Part shown: one piece after another, positions 54,051 to 64,000 of the stretch | How the letters are laid out: every line of letters starts with the position of its first letter | Numbering within the stretch: the first letter of the stretch is position 1 | Source of the DNA: Octopus bimaculoides | Taxonomy: Eukaryota | DNA length: 64,000 nucleotides | NCBI RefSeq assembly: GCF_001194135.2 | Contig: NC_069001.1 | Coordinates: 11,936,687-12,000,686 of the forward strand | Reading direction: 5' to 3' | Made by a program: the position numbers and the translations under genes | Notes under the pieces: model-generated | Databases searched by the model: none | Told to the model about the DNA's origin: nothing | The model's input: only the letters and a program-made list of their open reading frames with translations

Positions 54051-55715
54051 TATGTAGGATTTTGTGGTAATATTATTACGATGCAGAAGAATCTCACAAG
54101 CACTATGGAATACAGGATATAGTTATCGTCAGTTTCAATTTACCAATTTGCTCTGAATTTCTTACCGCGTTAATATAAGAGAAAATGTAATTTTTACAGA
54201 AATGTTGTATGTTTGTATGATTGCTATTACGTGGAATGTGCGCCTGAGTATGAATACAATATATATGTATATGTGTGCATACATATAAACACATGTGTAT
54301 GTATATATATATTTTTTCATATATATATACACACATATCTGCATATATGCATGTCCACATACACATATATATACTTATATATATGTATGTATAAATTTAT
54401 TTATGTATATATGTATGTATGTCTGTAAGTATGTATATATGTATGTACGTATGTATGTATAGATGCACACACATATATATCGTAAGCCAATATCTGGTTA
54501 ATGGAGAGCAAGTCTGTTTTGTAAAAAAAAAAAGTTAGAAAATAACATGGAGCGCGGGTTGAGCAATTTGCTTGTTATTTAAATTATTCTTTCTACAATT
54601 TTTGCCAAAGGTTGCCACATGGATTTTCTGTTTTCTTTGCTTTTTTTTTTGTTAGTTTTATTTCATTTTTTTTTATGCTTAACTCTTTCAATAATCTTCT
54701 AAAGAATTTTGACAATAATTTCCATGTCGTTAATTTAGCAAAATTTGGTCGTTTCCTTTTTAAAACAAAGATTACAAAGGATACACTTTTTGTGACCTTT
54801 TATTTGATAATATGACATTAGCTTCCTGCCTTGTGTTGTGCTATTGTTTTTTTTTCTTTCTCTTTTTTTTGTTTTTGAATACATATAAATTTATTTGTGT
54901 ATTCACTTTAAAATATCAGAGCAAAGTGTAAAAGCTAAACATGAAAATCAAAATAAAATACTAATGACCTTTTGATTCTGGAAAAGATAATGCGTTTTTT
55001 TTGTTTTTTTTTTTGTGTGTATGGCTCCTGCAGTGGTTAGTGGACATATCTCTTCTAGATTGTCAATTAGTTTGATATTTTCACATTGTTGGGTTTTTTC
55101 TTTGCATGTTGCATTAGTTAATAAATAGCCAATAGGGGGATAGTGCATAGATATATCATCTCATTAACGTGTGTTCAAATACCCAGCAGGTGTTAAACTG
55201 AGATTTACATACGTTATCGCAATAATCGTAATTCGAGTCACGGGTTAAATTCTTCGTTGTGAATATATTACAAATATATGGTCTTTGAATTTGGTTTATG
55301 AGATGAGATTCTTAATGGGAATTCGTGTAATGAAACATATTTTGCTGTAACTGGGGAGGGTCATTATTATATGACAGTAATAAACACACGCACTGATACT
55401 ATTACACTTAATTTTTTTTTCTGTTTTTCATCTGCTTAATTGGTCAGTTGGGTAACCACTAAAACAATTAACTAGTTGCTTCATTGATTAACTATTCGGT
55501 CTATCAGTTAGCATGGTTTACCAGTATCCTTCCGTCACCATTTATAACCTCATCAATGATCTGCCCTCTCTTCTCCATGTGTGACCATTCGTCGGCATTT
55601 GCAATCTCATCAATGGAATGCCATTCCTAATCCAGGTTTGACGAATAGACTCTTTAAGTAACACGAGGATCTACGACAACCTGTTACTGAATAAATCCAA
55701 AGACACACATGCACA

Positions 55716-55756
<41 letters not shown>

Positions 55757-55867
55757 GCACACACTCATGCACACATACACACACTTGTATATATTCGAGG
55801 CAGAGGAGGAGAAGAGTTGGAGAGTTCTGTCAGCTTGAAACTCCTGTTAATTTCGTAGGATCTCAAT

Positions 55868-56080
55868 GCTTCGAGCTGACAAGAACGTTACCACGTCGGG
55901 CGAAATGCGTAGCGCTATTTCGCCTATCTTTATGTTCTGAGTTCTAATTCCGCCGAGGTCGACTTTTACCATTCATCCTTTTGGGGTCGATAAATTAAGT
56001 ACCAGTTGCGCACTGGGGCCACTCTTTATCGACTGGCCCCTTCCCCCAAACCATCGGGCCTTGTGCCTAGAGTAGAAAAT
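55868..56080 (+). mobile_element. Octopus SINE (GGCGG-start family)
   Basis: GAGCTGACAAGAACGTTACCACGTCGGGCGAAATGCGTAGC...AATTCCGCCGAGGTCGAC...GGGGTCGATAAATTAAGTACCAG...GGCCTTGTGCCTAGAGTAGAAA. Confidence 0.85.
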
Positions 56081-56583
56081 AATTTGTTCGGATCTCGAAG
56101 TTTCAGAAGGCAGAAGAGACTGAAACATCCAAATGAATTCAAAAAAAGTATGATTTATAGAGACAGCTGCATTTTTATTTTCTAGCACATGTAAACCACG
56201 ATATCTAGGATTTTGTTTTGGTACTTCATTACAATCGCTACTGACTTTCGGTGGCCTCATATTTATTGGAGTCGAGCGATATACATAGGTGATGCATGAA
56301 TCATTATGAATTATAAAATCGTACATTACTCAAAACACAAATATGAGTTCTGGAAGTGAGATATCTAGCCAGGCTGAGAGACAAAAAAACAGCTGACCTA
56401 TTTATTTAACTATAACTGTATATTTTGCCATAAATTCAGAGACTCCATTAAGAGAAAATCTTAATGCAGTTCTTAGTATGTAGCAGTGTGTGTTCTGTAT
56501 CAATGTAGTCGTTGCCCATTAACAAAAAAATTACTTTAAAAAAAAAAATCTAAAGTGTATTAATAACAACAACAACAACAACG

Positions 56584-56670
<87 letters not shown>

Positions 56671-56678
56671 TGATAATA

Positions 56679-56882
56679 CAGACCAATACCTAACAAAAAC
56701 ACCTGGACTTACAAGTATATATAACATACAGACAATTGCACTAATGGGCACTGCACACATCCTACGCAAAGCACTTTCGATACAGTAACCATAAGAGCAT
56801 CACAGCAAACCACAGCACATACCCAAGGCGCACAGAGCTGCGCCCGGTAGTGAAGTGAAAGCACGCTATAAAAATAAAACTA

Positions 56883-56887
<5 letters not shown>
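56679..56887 (+). mobile_element. 5'-truncated R4/Dong LINE 3' end, second copy
   Basis: DQYLTKTPGLTSIYNIQTIALMGTAHILRKALSIQ* plus a 3' UTR nearly identical to 9200-9299; (AAT)n on both sides. Confidence 0.85.
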
Positions 56888-56972
<85 letters not shown>

Positions 56973-57574
56973 AGCAATAACGATTCTAATAACTAATTGT
57001 AATAATAATATCTTACAACAACTGTAATAGTCAGAATCATGAAGATGAAGATGATGATGATGGTGATGGTCATGATGATGAGGAAGCGATCGTTGATGAT
57101 GATGATGACGAATCAAATATGATTCCCGTTTGTTTGGTTTTATTTGTAAAATAATAATATTACTTGATATAAAAAATGAATTTTAAATATATACATAATA
57201 TATTTTAAAAAAAACACGTGATATATCGACCAAAAAACAAAGATTAAAAACAGAAAACAAATAACAAAAACAAATTCGCAATCATTTATCCATCGACAAA
57301 CGCATAAACCTACAAAATGGAGTTCGGTGGTGAGGGTCGTGACAGGAAGTGCATATTTTAAATCTATTTCTTTACATTTTCTTTTCTTTTTTTGTGTTTT
57401 AATATTTTAAAATAGAATTTAAGAATTTTGTTGCTTCAAAATATTGTTGCCATTAAAATATAACTCGAAAACTGTAACGATCTCTAACTAATACAAGAAC
57501 AAAACAAAAATCCCCTTGTTGTTGTAGCATCTAATGGTGTTGTTGTTGTTGTTGTTGTTGTTCTATATGTTCTT

Positions 57575-60420
<2,846 letters not shown>

Positions 60421-60769
60421 ATTTAACATTCGCTTTGAAGTGATTTTCATGAGAGTAACACGCCATACATTTCGTTACAATTCGAGAAACATAACGGTCA
60501 TTAAATAATAAGAAAAACAAAAACGAAAACCAAAAAAAAAAAAAAAGATTTTTGAAACATAAAAAAAAAATAATATAAACAAATCCAAATAATAATAAAA
60601 CAAAATAAGCAAAAAAAAAAATAAATAATTAGAATTTAAAAATTTAACAAAGGGAAAATTCGCAACCCGCTTTAATGAATTCAATTTGTCATCATTCTTT
60701 TGTAATATTATATTTTTTTAAACTAATAATAATACTAATAAAAAGAACTAACACCAACAGCCAACACTG

Positions 60770-60850
60770 ACAACAACTATAACAAGAACCACAACGCCAG
60801 GAACAACAAAAACAATATTATTATCACTATTATTATTATTATCATCATCA

Positions 60851-60926
<76 letters not shown>

Positions 60927-60940
60927 TATTATTATTATTA

Positions 60941-60981
<41 letters not shown>

Positions 60982-60998
60982 GTTATTATTATTATTAA

Positions 60999-61043
<45 letters not shown>

Positions 61044-61150
61044 CATCATCATCATCATCATCATGATCATTATTATTATTATTATTATTATCAACATTAT
61101 CTATCATCATCGTCATCATTATCATTATTATTGTTATTGTGGTTATTAAC
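60770..61150. repeat. (ATT)n/(ATC)n compound microsatellite
   Basis: Directly visible. Confidence 0.95.
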
Positions 61151-63231
61151 ATCGTCATTATATGTATCGCGTTTAATGTTAATTTTTGCGGCCTCTTGCG
61201 CCACACTATTTTGTGTTTCTAAGCTCTGAAACAGAATGGTTTTCCTATTAATTTCTACTAGAAATTATATCATACATATGTGGCACTGTTTGATGACTGT
61301 AGGCTATTTGTTTCTTGTGCCTGTTGGTATCTTGAGTTGTAGTACTGCTCTGGTTCCAAACTAGTAGTTATTTTGCATGCCACGGAATCAAATCTCTAAG
61401 ACCACCGCTAACAACACCGCTAAGAACACCACGACCACCACCACTCGCTCTCCGATTTAGAGAAGATGAAGGCCTCAACTTTTCTGCTTTTTATCTGCTT
61501 AATATCCTGCATCCTGATAAATACGAAGGCATACTTATACACAGACACACACACAAACACTGCTTTTGTAGATTTGGTATCTGTTATTTCTAATATTGGT
61601 TTATTAATATTCAGTTTGACTAAATATGTATATATATACGTCTATATATGTACATAATTGTATATATAACAATAAGAAAATGGAGGGGAATATGTGGTAC
61701 TCATCAACTTGCAGACATTGTATTATGTCAATTTAACTGTTTATGTTTCAACTAACAGGACAGGGCAATAAAAAACAATATACAAACACATATGACATAT
61801 TATGTCATATAAGTAATAAAAATTAAAAAGGACATCTAGTGACCGAAGAAGGGACAATGTCTTACAGCTGTTTCAGACTAGGGGTGACATGCCTCATTCT
61901 ATCTATATAACTCCAGTAAGCTGGAGTAATTGATACATGAAATGGCTGAAAATAGAGGTACATGTATGGTTCTCTAGGCCTCTTCAGAGAATTACAAAGC
62001 TCATGGAGTTATATTGGATAGATATTAATTCCTTAGTGGGTTGGATTCACAACCCCTAACTTTCTTGGATTATAATTGTGTATATATATATATATATATN
62101 NNNNNNNNNNNNNNNNNNNNNNNNNNNNNNNNNNNNNNNNNNNNNNNNNNNNNNNNNNNNNNNNNNNNNNNNNNNNNNNNNNNNNNNNNNNNNNNNNNNN
62201 NNNNNNNNNNNNNNNNNNNNNNNNNNNNNNNNNNNNNNNNNNNNNNNNNNNNNNNNNNNNNNNNNNNNNNNNNNNNNNNNNNNNNNNNNNNNNNNNNNNN
62301 NNNNNNNNNNNNNNNNNNNNNNNNNNNNNNNNNNNNNNNNNNNNNNNNNNNNNNNNNNNNNNNNNNNNNNNNNNNNNNNNNNNNNNNNNNNNNNNNNNNN
62401 NNNNNNNNNNNNNNNNNNNNNNNNNNNNNNNNNNNNNNNNNNNNNNNNNNNNNNNNNNNNNNNNNNNNNNNNNNNNNNNNNNNNNNNNNNNNNNNNNNNN
62501 NNNNNNNNNNNNNNNNNNNNNNNNNNNNNNNNNNNNNNNNNNNNNNNNATATATATATATATATATATATATAACTATTTTATACTACACTGTATCATAC
62601 TCCTCTATTATACACCACAACATGCTGATTCGAATAAATAGTATAACATACGAGCAGATGAAATATACTTCTCTCCAGAAACGTCTTTAATTAGCTCTAT
62701 TCAGATATTTAAAGAAGACCCTGGGGCGTGGGAGTGGAGAACACCAAAGCTGGGTCATGCGAATCTGAATGAGATTTAGAGTCTAATTAATGGTTACTAT
62801 GGATCATGTGAGTTTGATCTGAAAGTTCAAGGTTGGCTATTTTAAATTTCTTACATATTAATGCGCATACGTATAATTATACAAATTAAACAAATATAAA
62901 TGTTGTGGTTTACTGCCTAAATATATATACAAAGGCATGTGAACGTGTGTGTGGATACTTGGAACTATATATTTTCAGAATATTCTTTGAAAATACAAAT
63001 TGGAATATACGTTACTTTATTGGTACTGAAATAATTGTAGATCTATATATAAGACATATAAGAAATTTACATTCGTAAAAGTACATGTAACTGCAGCACT
63101 TAAATATAAGCACACTTGCTATAGCATTTTGCGCTTCCATATATATATTTATACACATATTTATACGCATAGAAAGTATTTACAAAGAAGTATTTACATT
63201 CATCAAGATGTCTATATCCTTATCTCTATCC

Positions 63232-63281
<50 letters not shown>

Positions 63282-64000
63282 TTATCTATCCATCTATCTA
63301 TCTATCTAGCTAGCTAGCTAGCTATCGATCTAAGATAGTTTAAGCTAGTTTAAGCGGCCATCAAGTAAAATTTGTTCATTACTACTGGTGCTCCTCTCCT
63401 TCGAGGAATTTAGAAAGCATAATCTTCTCGCCCTTGAAATCAGGAAAGCTTCCAACTGTGCCAGACACTTAAATACGTATCCTCTAAGTCTCACATACAC
63501 AACTTTTGGTTGCAGAGGAGATATGAGAGAACGTGGGGAGTATATAACTTGTGAGGATTGGGAAGCTGTGAGATGCTGGTAAATTGTGGATGAGAGGTAT
63601 GTGCAATAGCAATCAATCATGAAAAGGATTAATCGAGTCGAAAAGGTGGTATTAGTGGCGGGAGTAAGTTGCTAGAAAAACCTAGGTTAATTGTAAGTAA
63701 GGATAATCATACAAGATTACATAGACCTAATAAAAAGAGCAAATGACGAGTTAATCTGTGTTTACAAGAAAGTATTACATCCGAGGCCCGAGAAGCTTAT
63801 AACACTTTACTTCTGCACTTTTAAATTTCTCGTTTGTACTTCGTGTAAATTTGATCTGTTAGTATATATATCTATATATTTATACTTAAACATTCATCAT
63901 TATAAAATCTTCAGTTTGTGCCTTCACACTTGCATGTATACTTTCTGCATGCTGTCTGTCTTGCATGCATACATATATGCATATTTTGTATATCGAACCG

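Overview
AT-rich, microsatellite-saturated eukaryotic DNA from a gapped short-read assembly; most N-gaps abut (AT)n, (AC)n or (AG)n tracts. The tRNA-derived SINE families match my recollection of octopus OK/OR-type SINEs, so the source is most likely an Octopus genome (inference). I cannot support any host protein-coding gene, so the window looks intergenic or deep intronic. Nearly all long ORFs in the track are microsatellite or gap artefacts. The recognisable coding remnants all belong to decayed transposable elements: R4/Dong-clade LINEs in (AAT)n tracts, Penelope-like elements (PLEs), an internally deleted RTE LINE, Tc1, maT(DD37D)-like and mariner transposase fragments, and pogo/Tigger-like MITEs. 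The most notable structure is at 17156-17365: two inverted copies of a minimal type I hammerhead ribozyme fold. Both carry a U3-A8 variant core, their stem II differs by a compensatory base pair, and together they form an 80-bp fold-back with the architecture of an inverted PLE terminal repeat. Family assignments come from manual translation and motif recall, not database searches. Element boundaries are approximate.
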